Shown piece by piece: positions 20,569-29,031 of a stretch of 64,000 bases of DNA. The notes under the pieces were generated by a model. It ran no database searches. It saw only the letters and a list, made by a program, of their open reading frames with translations, and was not told the DNA's origin. The DNA comes from a virus. Its lineage: Duplodnaviria > Caudoviricetes. The stretch covers positions 1-64,000 of IMG/VR virus record IMGVR_UViG_3300002026_000124; one strand, 5' to 3'. Numbering within the stretch: position 1 is the first letter of the stretch; every line of letters starts with the position of its first letter. Position numbers and translations under genes: made by a program.

Positions 20569-22890
20569 ATGGCAATAAATTTAAGTGATAATATAAGGGT
20601 AAATGGACCTAAACCTACCGAGAGTAAATATTTAAATATACTCTCACCATACATTGACATTAATGAAGTTAATTCATCAATTGCTATTGGTGAACGATAT
20701 ATAGGTCTCACAGTTAATGTTAATGGTGTCGAATATTGGTATAAGGTTGGTATTGGTGATGGTGACTTAGTTGTTAAATCTAGTGGTGGTGGCAGTGGTA
20801 GCTTAACTGGTGCAACTAACGGCTTAAGTTTAATTAATAGCGGAACTACTGCAGTCTTAGGAGGTGTGTTGACTCAAAACACTAATATTACTGGTAATTA
20901 TACCCTAACTTTAAGTGGTGGTAGTAAAATAAACACAACCTGTGGTTATCAAATCTCTGGCGTGACGATGTTTAGAACGAGTAGGTCACTATCAAATATT
21001 GGAATTGGTTGTTTAAGTTTAAATGCTGTAAGCACAGCAATTGATAATGTTGCTATGGGACGTTTAGCAATGTGTAAAAATACAATCGGTAATTATAATA
21101 CTGCATATGGTACTTCTGCGCTATGTTGTAATTCTAGTGGTAATTGGAATGTTGGTGTAGGTACTAATGCTCTCACAAGAAATGGAACTGGTTGTAGTAA
21201 TGTTGCAGTTGGGACAGGCGCACTTAGTAATAATCAAAGTGGTAGTGGTAATATTGCATTTGGAAATAACACATTAAATGCTAATTCCACTGGTTGTGAT
21301 AATATTGGGGGTGGGACACTTGCAGTTAGTCAAAATACTAGTGGTTGTAATAACATTGGTTTTGGTGTTAGTGCGGTTCTATGTAACTGCAGTGGTTGTT
21401 ATAATATTGGTCTTGGTTGGAATTCTCTAACAAATAATAGAACTGGTAGTAATAATATCGCATTTGGATATCAAGCATTGGCGGGAATACAGAATATTTC
21501 CCATAGCAATAACATTGGTGTGGGTTATCAAACACTTTTTTGCATAAGTGGTGGTACTAGCAATATTGGTATGGGTTATCGTGCACTATATAATAACACC
21601 AAAGGAAATCATAATAATGCTAGTGGTTATCAAGCACTTAGTGCAAATACTACTGGTCGTTTTAACATTGCTAGTGGTTATCAGGCGTTGGTTAAAAATA
21701 CTTCAGGAACTGGTAATATTTCAAGTGGTTATCAAGCACTTTATTGTAACACTACTGGTTGTTATAATATTGGTAATGGTTATCAAGTGCTTAGTGGGAA
21801 TAGTAGCGGTCATCACAATGTGGCAAGTGGCTACAAATCAATGGCATGTACTTTTAATGCTGTTGGTAATGTTGCTATTGGGCATCAATCTCTATATTGT
21901 GGAGGTAATAGTTCAGGTAATATTGCTATTGGTTGCTGTACATTATCTAATAATTGGAGTGGTGGTCAAAATATTGCAATTGGTGATTGCCCACTTTATT
22001 GTAACATTAATGGTAATTATAATATTGCAATAGGTTATCAAGCACTTTATTGTAATACATGTAATTCATGTAATATTGCAATAGGTTTCCGTGCACTTTA
22101 TAATAATAAATGTGTTGGTGGTGTTGGAGGATGTGATAATATTGCAATAGGTTTATACTCTTTATATTCAAATACCTATGGACGTTATAATATAGGTATT
22201 AATCAATGTTCATTATATTCAAATACCTATGGTTGTCATAATAGTGCTAGTGGATATCAAGCACTAAGTGCAAATACAACTGGCTGTTTCAATACAGTTT
22301 ATGGAAGTCAAGCATTACCGAAGAACACAACTGCAAGAAGTAATACAGCCATTGGTTATCGTGCTGGTTTTAGTAACGTTACTGGTAGTGGTAGTACATA
22401 TATTGGAACATGTGCAGGTTATAATGGAACTGCTTCAAACATGCTATATATTGCAAATAATGCAACAACTACACTGATTAAAGGTTGTTTCAGTAATAAT
22501 ACAGTATGTAATGCAGGAAATGTTACAACATGGAATACAACCTCTGATATTAGGATAAAGGAAAATATATGTACGATTGAAAATAGTATTGGTATAATTT
22601 CACAATTGAATCCAGTAGAATTTGATTATAATTGCAATTATGCATGTAATCATTCATGGGATGACAAGCAAAGAATATGTAATTATGGATTTATTGCACA
22701 AGAATTCGAGCAAGTATTTCCAAAGCACATAACTATTGGTTGTGAGAAGATAGGAGATTGCATCATAGAAGACTTCAGAACTATAAGTACTGGACATTTA
22801 CTACCATTATTAGTAAAGGCAGTTCAGGAGCAACAATTAGAGATTAAAGATTTAAAGGAAAAATTAAATCGGATTTTAGATAAAATATAA
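20569..22890 (+). CDS. Tail fibre with N(I/V)AIG-type beta-roll repeats and C-terminal peptidase S74 chaperone
   Basis: ~14-aa repeats N[IV]A[IS]G..AL..N..G; SDIRIKENI...GFIAQE...LVKAVQE; start set at ATG 20569, just after the upstream stop. Confidence 0.85.
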   Translation: MAINLSDNIRVNGPKPTESKYLNILSPYIDINEVNSSIAIGERYIGLTVNVNGVEYWYKVGIGDGDLVVKSSGGGSGSLTGATNGLSLINSGTTAVLGGVLTQNTNITGNYTLTLSGGSKINTTCGYQISGVTMFRTSRSLSNIGIGCLSLNAVSTAIDNVAMGRLAMCKNTIGNYNTAYGTSALCCNSSGNWNVGVGTNALTRNGTGCSNVAVGTGALSNNQSGSGNIAFGNNTLNANSTGCDNIGGGTLAVSQNTSGCNNIGFGVSAVLCNCSGCYNIGLGWNSLTNNRTGSNNIAFGYQALAGIQNISHSNNIGVGYQTLFCISGGTSNIGMGYRALYNNTKGNHNNASGYQALSANTTGRFNIASGYQALVKNTSGTGNISSGYQALYCNTTGCYNIGNGYQVLSGNSSGHHNVASGYKSMACTFNAVGNVAIGHQSLYCGGNSSGNIAIGCCTLSNNWSGGQNIAIGDCPLYCNINGNYNIAIGYQALYCNTCNSCNIAIGFRALYNNKCVGGVGGCDNIAIGLYSLYSNTYGRYNIGINQCSLYSNTYGCHNSASGYQALSANTTGCFNTVYGSQALPKNTTARSNTAIGYRAGFSNVTGSGSTYIGTCAGYNGTASNMLYIANNATTTLIKGCFSNNTVCNAGNVTTWNTTSDIRIKENICTIENSIGIISQLNPVEFDYNCNYACNHSWDDKQRICNYGFIAQEFEQVFPKHITIGCEKIGDCIIEDFRTISTGHLLPLLVKAVQEQQLEIKDLKEKLNRILDKI

Positions 22891-23099
22891 TGAGTCAATT
22901 GTCAGAAATTTATGCGGGTTGGAAGAATATTATATTTCCTAATCCGGAAGTAGAGGCACAAGCTAAAAAAAGAATAATTATTTGTGTGAGTAACGAATGT
23001 AAAAATTTTCGTAAAAATAAAAGTTGTAAGCTATGTGGTTGTTACATGCCTGCCAAAGTAAGAAGTCCGAAATCTAAATGTGATATTGGTAAATGGTAA
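22890..23099 (+). CDS. Small Cys-rich (DUF6171-like) protein
   Basis: C..C...CKLCGC.MPAK.R.....C.IGKW pattern. Confidence 0.55.
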   Translation: MSQLSEIYAGWKNIIFPNPEVEAQAKKRIIICVSNECKNFRKNKSCKLCGCYMPAKVRSPKSKCDIGKW

Positions 23100-23522
23100 T
23101 TATTTCCTATTGCTTGTAACTACGTAAGTATTTTCAAGCGCAATGCCCTCAAATGTATCGGTATCAATACACATTTTATGATATGAGTCCAAAATTTCCG
23201 TTTTTCCATTGAAAATTAATTCAATCCTACCACTTAAACAAAGCATACAATGTATATAATCTCTTTGTTTTAATTCAATTACCGAACCTTTAGGTAAATA
23301 ATAGAAAATTACAATATCTTCCGGTTTACTATTATCGATAATTTTTTTATATTTAATATCATTTACACACTCATCCCAATCGGTAAAAAAACGGATAATT
23401 ATACCGTCTTCGATAGTGTGAACGCTAGGAAGTTTTTTTATTAAGCTGCCCTTCTTTTTTAGAATTGAGGCGTTAATTTTATCAAACAATTGTCTTTTCT
23501 CGTCAGTCATTCTAATTAACAA
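23100..23522 (-). CDS. Cupin-fold protein
   Basis: H...IHCMLCLSGRIEL...H.M.I beta-barrel pattern. Confidence 0.45.
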   Translation of the reverse strand: MLIRMTDEKRQLFDKINASILKKKGSLIKKLPSVHTIEDGIIIRFFTDWDECVNDIKYKKIIDNSKPEDIVIFYYLPKGSVIELKQRDYIHCMLCLSGRIELIFNGKTEILDSYHKMCIDTDTFEGIALENTYVVTSNRK

Positions 23523-24106
23523 TAAGGAATACTACTTATGTCGTCTCTATTAATTTCGTTCGTACCTAATGATTTTTTCGCAATTAATGATTCGGTGTAA
23601 TGTCTAATAAAAATTGATTTTATTTTTTCCGGTGCTTTTTTAAATGATATGAAATCAATTTCAACGCCATCAGATGTCCACAATGTAACATCAATACCAG
23701 TCCATTCAATATAACTATAATCGGCTTCACCATTTGGAGCAGTATCATAACTACCACTATCATATGTAGCATTTACTCTAATCGGAACATTATCACCCTC
23801 AAATTTTAATGAAAATTCTATCGGTTCTTTATTAGCATCGAATTGATAGACAATCTCAAAATTATTTAGAATTGATAAATGAGAAGCCTGATTTCCATAT
23901 TCCCAATCACCACCAAGTCTGGCATCAGAAATTTCTGTTTTAATATTATTCTTATCGATTAATGAATCACAAATAAATTGTTTCTGAAAATCTTCATTTT
24001 TTAATAAATTTACTTTCTCTTCTTCCTTATTATATGCTTCATTTCCAAGAAAATCAAAATTTTGAATTTCTTCGTTTATTAGTTTTATTAATTCGATATT
24101 TTTCAT
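23516..24106 (-). CDS. Hypothetical protein with I-x-EE-I N-terminal motif
   Basis: MKNIELIKLINEEIQNF; GTATTTAT motif at 24123-24130 on the minus strand. Confidence 0.6.
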   Translation of the reverse strand: MKNIELIKLINEEIQNFDFLGNEAYNKEEEKVNLLKNEDFQKQFICDSLIDKNNIKTEISDARLGGDWEYGNQASHLSILNNFEIVYQFDANKEPIEFSLKFEGDNVPIRVNATYDSGSYDTAPNGEADYSYIEWTGIDVTLWTSDGVEIDFISFKKAPEKIKSIFIRHYTESLIAKKSLGTNEINRDDISSIPYC

Positions 24107-24185
24107 TAAAGTTTAATTTAAAATAAATACTATGAGATTCATATAAATCTAAATAATTTTAACATTTAAAGTATTTATAAGTATG

Positions 24186-24333
24186 AAAGTCATTGCTTAA
24201 TTAGGAATTAAGTTACGTCTGTAAAGTCAGAAATGGTTTTTGAAATTTTATCGCCAGTTAGTGGTTAAGTAAAATTTAGACATAACAAAATGATTATTAT
24301 GAATGCACTCCTTAAAAAAGAGTGCATTTTTTT
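24186..24333 (+). ncRNA. Candidate small structured RNA with terminator
   Basis: GTATTTAT at 24171; nested stems 24189-24294; terminator 24302-24333. Confidence 0.4.
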
Positions 24334-24370
24334 ATTAAATATAAATATTTTTATTTTTTTTCGAAAAAAG

Positions 24371-24401
24371 TTTGTATTTATGATTTTAAGTCGTACATTT
24401 G
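24371..24401 (+). promoter_or_regulatory. Bacteroidota sigma-A-type promoter of tRNA operon 1
   Basis: TTTG (24371-74), N19, TACATTTG (24394-401). Confidence 0.8.
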
Positions 24402-24430
24402 TACTCTGTAATAGTTAAACATAGTTTGAA

Positions 24431-24505
24431 ATGAAAAATTTAGTAAACATACAACCCCAGCCGCAACAACATCCAAAAGATGGTGAATGGGAAAAGTTTG
24501 CTTAA
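24431..24505 (+). CDS. Attenuator leader peptide 1, MKNLVNIQPQPQQHPKDGEWEKFA
   Basis: Hand translation; QPQPQQHP run matches the downstream Pro/Gln/His tRNAs. Confidence 0.85.
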   Translation: MKNLVNIQPQPQQHPKDGEWEKFA

Positions 24506-24532
24506 ATTTTCAAGAGAAGTTTTAGGTTAATT

Positions 24533-24564
24533 AAACCCCATTCGTGACGAGTGGGGTTTTTTTT
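24533..24564 (+). terminator. Attenuator terminator 1
   Basis: aaaccccattcg/cgagtggggttt stem plus T-run; 5' arm also complementary to leader 24485-24491. Confidence 0.85.
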
Positions 24565-24572
24565 GTTTTTAT

Positions 24573-24648
24573 CGGGATATAGTACAGTTGGTAGTATGCG
24601 TGCTTTGGGAGCATGAGGTCGTCAGTTCGAGTCTGGCTATCCCGACCA
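24573..24648 (+). tRNA. tRNA-Pro(TGG)
   Basis: Cloverleaf, loop TTTGGGA, C1-G72, encoded CCA. Confidence 0.95.
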
Positions 24649-24649
24649 A

Positions 24650-24743
24650 CAGGAAGTGAGCGAGAGGTTGAAGCTACTGGTCTTGGAAACCAGTCACGGC
24701 ACAAAGGCGTTGTCGTGCGTGGGTTCGAACCCCACCTTCCTGA
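24650..24743 (+). tRNA. tRNA-Pro(TGG) with 25-nt variable arm
   Basis: Acceptor caggaag/cttcctg, A73, stem ctggt/accag, loop CTTGGAA. Confidence 0.75.
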
Positions 24744-24813
24744 CATGTGGACTGGTTAGAATTTACATACAAGGTCGTCCGTAATTGGAAATGATGCGTA
24801 GGAAATTCAACAT

Positions 24814-24888
24814 GGTGGGTATAGCTTAGTTGGTTAAAGCGTCTGATTGTGGTTCAGAAGACCGTGGGTTCGAACCCCACTATCCACC
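24814..24888 (+). tRNA. tRNA-His(GTG)
   Basis: G-1:C73, loop TTGTGGT. Confidence 0.95.
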
Positions 24889-24896
24889 CTTTTTTT

Positions 24897-24972
24897 CGAG
24901 TAGTTGGGGAGTTGGTCACCCCGCCACATTTGGGATGTGGAGAACTCGCAGGTTCGAATCCTGCCTACTCGA
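24897..24972 (+). tRNA. tRNA-Pro(TGG)
   Basis: Acceptor cgagtag/ctactcg, loop TTTGGGA. Confidence 0.9.
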
Positions 24973-24974
24973 CT

Positions 24975-25049
24975 GTGTTAGGCGTAGATGTTGGCATCTT
25001 CACTTGGCTGTGAACCAAGGCTTCGGGGGTTCGATTCCCCTCTAACACC
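24975..25049 (+). tRNA. tRNA-His(GTG), no encoded G-1
   Basis: Stem cttgg/ccaag, loop CTGTGAA, C73. Confidence 0.75.
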
Positions 25050-25141
25050 TAAAAGCGTGATAAAAGAGTTTATCACGTTTATATGTGATTGAATATAAAA
25101 TTTACTAATCAGCTTATATTATATTCAATCACATATAATAC

Positions 25142-25214
25142 TGTCTCGTGGTGTAATTGGCAACATGTTTGGCTCTGAACCAAAAGAGTAGGGGTTCGAA
25201 ACCCTTCGAGACAA
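25142..25214 (+). tRNA. tRNA-Gln(CTG)
   Basis: Acceptor tgtctcg/cgagaca, loop CTCTGAA. Confidence 0.9.
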
Positions 25215-25219
25215 CATAT

Positions 25220-25300
25220 TATCCTTTGGCAGAATGGTCATTGCATCGCCCTTTGAAGGCGACACCGAGAGGTTTGCAGGTTCGAGTCCTGCAGGGATAA
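25220..25300 (+). tRNA. tRNA-Gln(TTG) with long variable arm
   Basis: Stem tcgcc/ggcga, loop CTTTGAA, extra arm caccgagaggttt. Confidence 0.8.
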
Positions 25301-25417
25301 CAAAAAGTTTTTGGAAATCTTGTATTTATTATTATCTTTGCATAAATATTGCTGGTATAATAACACGTTGTTATAGAATAGTACACGATGCATACTATCG
25401 CCAACATTTTTTAATAT

Positions 25418-25490
25418 TGTCCTGTGGTGTAATTGGCAACACGTCTGGTTTTGGTCCAGAAGAGTTCAGGTTCGAGACCTGACGGGACAA
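25418..25490 (+). tRNA. tRNA-Gln(TTG)
   Basis: Stem tctgg/ccaga, loop TTTTGGT; internal promoter TTTG-N19-TATCTTTG at 25310-25340 upstream. Confidence 0.9.
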
Positions 25491-25503
25491 CAAATTTATT
25501 ATT

Positions 25504-25653
25504 ATGGGAAAATTAAGAGTTGGAAACAAGGAAAATTCTTTACTTAATGGTGAATGGGCAGGTCATGTTAGAAAAGATGGTAAGGAATGGACTGCAAGAA
25601 AACGCAGAAACCTTGACAAAGAAATAATTAAAAAGGAAAGCAATGAGTTATAA
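25504..25653 (+). CDS. Small basic hypothetical protein (49 aa)
   Basis: Hand-translated MGKLRVGNKENSLLNGEWAGHVRK...; overlaps the next start. Confidence 0.45.
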   Translation: MGKLRVGNKENSLLNGEWAGHVRKDGKEWTARKRRNLDKEIIKKESNEL

Positions 25654-26065
25654 TTTATTCTTAGATGACTACAGATTTCCAAAGGAAACTGTTGATTACA
25701 TGTTTATTCCAATCTACACTAGTGAAGAATGGATAATCGTCAGGAATTACTATGCCTTTATTACAATAATTCAAAAGAAAGGTCTTCCGGATATCATTTC
25801 TTTCGACCACGACCTTGCAGATGTTCATTATAAGAATCAGGTTTTCGATTATAATGATGAAACCCTGGAAAAAACCGGATATCATTGTGCAAAATGGCTC
25901 ATTGACTATTGTCTCGATAATAATTTAGAAGTTCCCACAAGAATATTAATACATTCAATGAATCCTTACGGGACACAGAATATCAAATCAGTTTTCGAAA
26001 CCTACTTCAAGGTTTATGGTAAAGAATATAGTCCAATTAGCATTACCCCAAGCATGCGTAGATAA
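25643..26065 (+). CDS. Cyclic-phosphate-processing receiver-like domain protein
   Basis: LFLDD.R.P, ISFDHDL, KTGY..AKWL and IHSMNP.G motifs. Confidence 0.65.
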   Translation: MSYNLFLDDYRFPKETVDYMFIPIYTSEEWIIVRNYYAFITIIQKKGLPDIISFDHDLADVHYKNQVFDYNDETLEKTGYHCAKWLIDYCLDNNLEVPTRILIHSMNPYGTQNIKSVFETYFKVYGKEYSPISITPSMRR

Positions 26066-26155
26066 TTGTTTTTAATGTCTTTGCAGCTTAAGTCCCAATC
26101 TTTTAAATAAAAGGATAGTATTTATATAAAATAAGTACATAATAAAATATCAATT

Positions 26156-27325
26156 ATGAAAAAAGATAGTAAAGTAAGACTTTTCGAAGTCATGGGCAGA
26201 TTAGACAAAACGTTTAAACCAGTTCTTAACGAATGGAATTTCGATAAGAAAAAAGATGACGATTCCGATGATAAAGAGGAAAAAGAAGAAAAGGACGAAA
26301 AACCAAAAGGTAAAACACAGTTTAATTTTGATAAAAAAGAAGATAAAGAAACTGAGAAACATGAAGATTCTGAAACTCCTGAAGAATTGAAAGAAGAAGA
26401 TGCGCCAAAAGCTAAGATACCTGTTAATGCAATTGCAAAAGTAGGTGGAAAAATTAATGAGTCTTTGCCTGTAGATGAAAAATATAATAAATGGGGTCAA
26501 TCTCAAGATGCTTGGGCAGATATTGAAAATGGTAAACCCTCAATTGGAAAAGAATTACAGAAAAAAGTAAATCTTGATAAAAAGGGCGAACTTGGTAGCG
26601 GAAGTGGTGATTCTCACGTACCCGAATATTATTACTCATATGATTCAGATGACCCAATTTCAAACGTTAATGGCTATACCCAACGTCAAATTGATGCTAA
26701 AAATCAACAGTGGAGAGATAATATGTCACGCAATATGAGAGGGTCAATGGGTGATGAAGATGGTATGTATGAAAATAAAAAGATTAAATTGGAAAAGAGT
26801 AAAGTAAGACTTTTCGAAGTTATGCAAAGAGTAACACCAAATTTTACTGGTAAAGCATTAAATGAAAGAGACGAAGAATTTTGGGCACAAGAAAAAAATG
26901 CAGGTGATGGTAATGCATATTCAAACACTAATCGTTATGAAACCGAAAATGGTCAAATGATTCCAGTTAATAAATATGATGAATTTGAACACGGTAAAAT
27001 TTTGGGAACATATGATAGTAATGGTAATAAAATTGGAGACCCGAATTTACCTAAATCAATAATAGAACCTAAAAAAGAACCAACACCAGATGAAATAACA
27101 CAAACTAATGACGATAGTGTGAAAATTACTAGCGCCCTAATTCAAAATGGTTTCTTTAATTCAAGTGGTAGTAGTGATAAATTCGTTAAACCGTATGACC
27201 AAGGACCGAATTGGCATGGCTGGAGTGAAATGGATAAATTTTTAAAGGATGGTGCTCAAAAGGGTTTGTGGTCAGAAGAGAGTGCTAGAAAATATAGCGA
27301 AAACGTGTGGCGTTCATACGATTAA
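26156..27325 (+). CDS. Charged low-complexity protein with two LFE-type motifs (internal head protein candidate)
   Basis: SKVRLFEVM occurs twice; GTATTTAT at 26118. Confidence 0.6.
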   Translation: MKKDSKVRLFEVMGRLDKTFKPVLNEWNFDKKKDDDSDDKEEKEEKDEKPKGKTQFNFDKKEDKETEKHEDSETPEELKEEDAPKAKIPVNAIAKVGGKINESLPVDEKYNKWGQSQDAWADIENGKPSIGKELQKKVNLDKKGELGSGSGDSHVPEYYYSYDSDDPISNVNGYTQRQIDAKNQQWRDNMSRNMRGSMGDEDGMYENKKIKLEKSKVRLFEVMQRVTPNFTGKALNERDEEFWAQEKNAGDGNAYSNTNRYETENGQMIPVNKYDEFEHGKILGTYDSNGNKIGDPNLPKSIIEPKKEPTPDEITQTNDDSVKITSALIQNGFFNSSGSSDKFVKPYDQGPNWHGWSEMDKFLKDGAQKGLWSEESARKYSENVWRSYD

Positions 27326-27365
27326 AATAAAAAAATAAAAATATTTTAATTTTTTTTCGAAAAAG

Positions 27366-27396
27366 TTTGTATTTATCAAAAATGTCTCTATCTTTG
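27366..27396 (+). promoter_or_regulatory. Bacteroidota sigma-A-type promoter of tRNA operon 2
   Basis: TTTG (27366-69), N19, TATCTTTG (27389-96). Confidence 0.8.
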
Positions 27397-27428
27397 CAGA
27401 GAATTTAATTAGTGAAAACAATAAAGTT

Positions 27429-27542
27429 ATGAAAAATTTACTCAACATATTATCAGTAGTCCTAGTGGATGCGCTCTTATGGGCAGCGGATGAGGATATG
27501 GTATATCGTGTCGGGTCGAAAGATACTGGAGTAGGTTATTAA
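27429..27542 (+). CDS. Attenuator leader peptide 2, MKNLLNILSVVLVDALLWAADEDMVYRVGSKDTGVGY
   Basis: Hand translation; 17 of residues 8-25 are L/V/D/A/W/E/M, matching the downstream tRNAs. Confidence 0.85.
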   Translation: MKNLLNILSVVLVDALLWAADEDMVYRVGSKDTGVGY

Positions 27543-27562
27543 TAACTGAAACAATAAAAACG

Positions 27563-27592
27563 AAACCCGACCCGAAAGAGTCGGGTTTTTTT
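27563..27592 (+). terminator. Attenuator terminator 2
   Basis: aaacccgac/gtcgggttt stem, GAAA loop, T-run; leader 27511-27518 is complementary to 27568-27575. Confidence 0.85.
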
Positions 27593-27618
27593 ATTGTTCT
27601 TTGACATGTTGGAAATTT

Positions 27619-27689
27619 GGTCTATTAGGGTATGGGTATCCTTGGTGGTTGTCGCCCACCAGAATCGAGTTCGAGTCTCGAATAGACCG
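27619..27689 (+). tRNA. tRNA-Asp(GTC)
   Basis: Stem ggtgg/ccacc, loop TTGTCGC, G73. Confidence 0.85.
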
Positions 27690-27838
27690 CTAAACATTTG
27701 ATTGTCGGGTTATTACTCAGAGGGTTTTAACTTACGAAGATAGACGTGTTAGTATAATAAGTACACTTGCCTTAAATAAGTAGGAAGTTGTAACATGAAA
27801 AGGTTATCACACGTAACAAGAACGTCAAATGTTTTTAA

Positions 27839-27910
27839 CGGGGTCGTAGTTTAATGGTTAGAATACCGCACTGTCTATGCGGGGAAGGGGTTCGAATCCC
27901 ACGGCTTCGG
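27839..27910 (+). tRNA. tRNA-Asp(GTC), weak T-stem
   Basis: Stem ccgca/tgcgg, loop CTGTCTA, G73; only 3 bp in the T-stem. Confidence 0.7.
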
Positions 27911-27924
27911 CAAAATTTAAATTT

Positions 27925-28044
27925 ATGAAAAAGAATAAGTCGTCCGAAAATACCGGACAGTTAAAATCAAAAGTTTGCTTTAAAGTAATTTCTAAAGAGG
28001 AATTAAAGAAAAACAGAAGTAATGCATATGATTACTTAATTTAA
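27925..28044 (+). CDS. Small basic ORF (39 aa)
   Basis: Hand translation MKKNKSSENTGQ...YDYLI. Confidence 0.35.
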   Translation: MKKNKSSENTGQLKSKVCFKVISKEELKKNRSNAYDYLI

Positions 28045-28167
28045 TCTACCGATAATCTACCGTTATAACAGTAAAAAGTGCAATATGTTGCACAATCTAC
28101 CGATAATCTACCGATAATCTACCGATAATTACCGTTATAACAGTAAAAAGTGCAATATGGTGCACAA
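28043..28167. repeat. Compound tandem repeat (11-mer aatctaccgat plus duplicated palindrome-containing unit)
   Basis: 11-mer repeated 1x then 3x; taccgttataacagtaaaaagtgcaatatgNtgcacaa present twice. Confidence 0.85.
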
Positions 28168-28171
28168 AAAC

Positions 28172-28255
28172 GCAGCATTATACAAGCGGTCAAAGTAGCA
28201 AGTCCTTCAAACTTGCATCTTCGGATTTCGAGGGGTTCGAATCCCCCATGCTGTA
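28172..28255 (+). tRNA. Class II-type tRNA, anticodon TTC (Glu) by geometry, C33
   Basis: Acceptor gcagcat/atgctgt, stem caagt/acttg, loop CCTTCAA, variable hairpin atc-ttcg-gat. Confidence 0.65.
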
Positions 28256-28306
28256 CCTTGACTTTTCTGTACCATAGGACTATTTATAATAAAATATTAT
28301 ACTCCT

Positions 28307-28951
28307 ATGGCACGAAAAGAAAAAAAATATCACTTTATTTATAAAACAATAAACATCATAAATAATAAGTTTTATATTGGTATGCATTCAACAGACAATT
28401 TGAATGATGGATATGTTGGTAGCGGAACAAGACTTTGGTATTCAATAAATAAATATGGTAGGGAAAATCATAGATTGGAAATACTTGAATTTCATGAAAC
28501 ACGAATTATATTAAAAGAACGTGAAAAGAATTTAGTAAATGAGGATTTATTGAAAAATCCTATGTGCATGAACATAAAGATTGGTGGTGAAGGTGGATTA
28601 AATGGTCTTTCACAAGAATCAATTAAAAAAATACGTAAGGGTGCATCTGATTTCATGAAAATGAAGTGGAATGAACCAGAATTTAGAAATATGTGTTCTC
28701 AACGTTCTATAATTAAAATGAAAGAAAATCATAGACTTGGTAAAATGAGATATGATACGTTTATTGGTAAATCTCATAGTGAAGAAACAAGAGAACTTAT
28801 GAAAGTAGTTCATAAGGGAATGGGTATTGGTTCTACAAATTCTCAATTCGGTACTTGTTGGATAACTAAGTGTGGCGTAAATAAAAAAATTAATAATAAT
28901 GATTTGTCCTTATATATTAGTGATGGTTGGTGTAAGGGTAGAGTCATATAA
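28307..28951 (+). mobile_element. Free-standing GIY-YIG homing endonuclease (Seg-like) in the tRNA array
   Basis: FIYKTIN...KFYIGMHST...Y.GSG; NUMOD3-like GKSHSEETR. Confidence 0.85.
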
Positions 28952-28952
28952 T

Positions 28953-29024
28953 GGTCCGTTCGTCTAACGGTTAGGACGGCAGGTTTTCATCCTGTTAATA
29001 GGGTTTCGATTACCCTACGGACTA
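28953..29024 (+). tRNA. tRNA-Glu(TTC)
   Basis: Stem gcagg/cctgt, loop TTTTCAT. Confidence 0.9.
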
Positions 29025-29031
29025 CTAAAAT

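Noticed and set aside
24531-25482. Track ORFs overlapping tRNA clusters (also 28150, 31946, 42786, 43837, 52321, 52415, 62523, 63433)
   Set aside because: They translate tRNA sequence; real starts were moved downstream where a genuine gene follows.
28043-28167. Possible CRISPR array
   Set aside because: Repeats are tandem without unique spacers, and no cas genes are present in the window.
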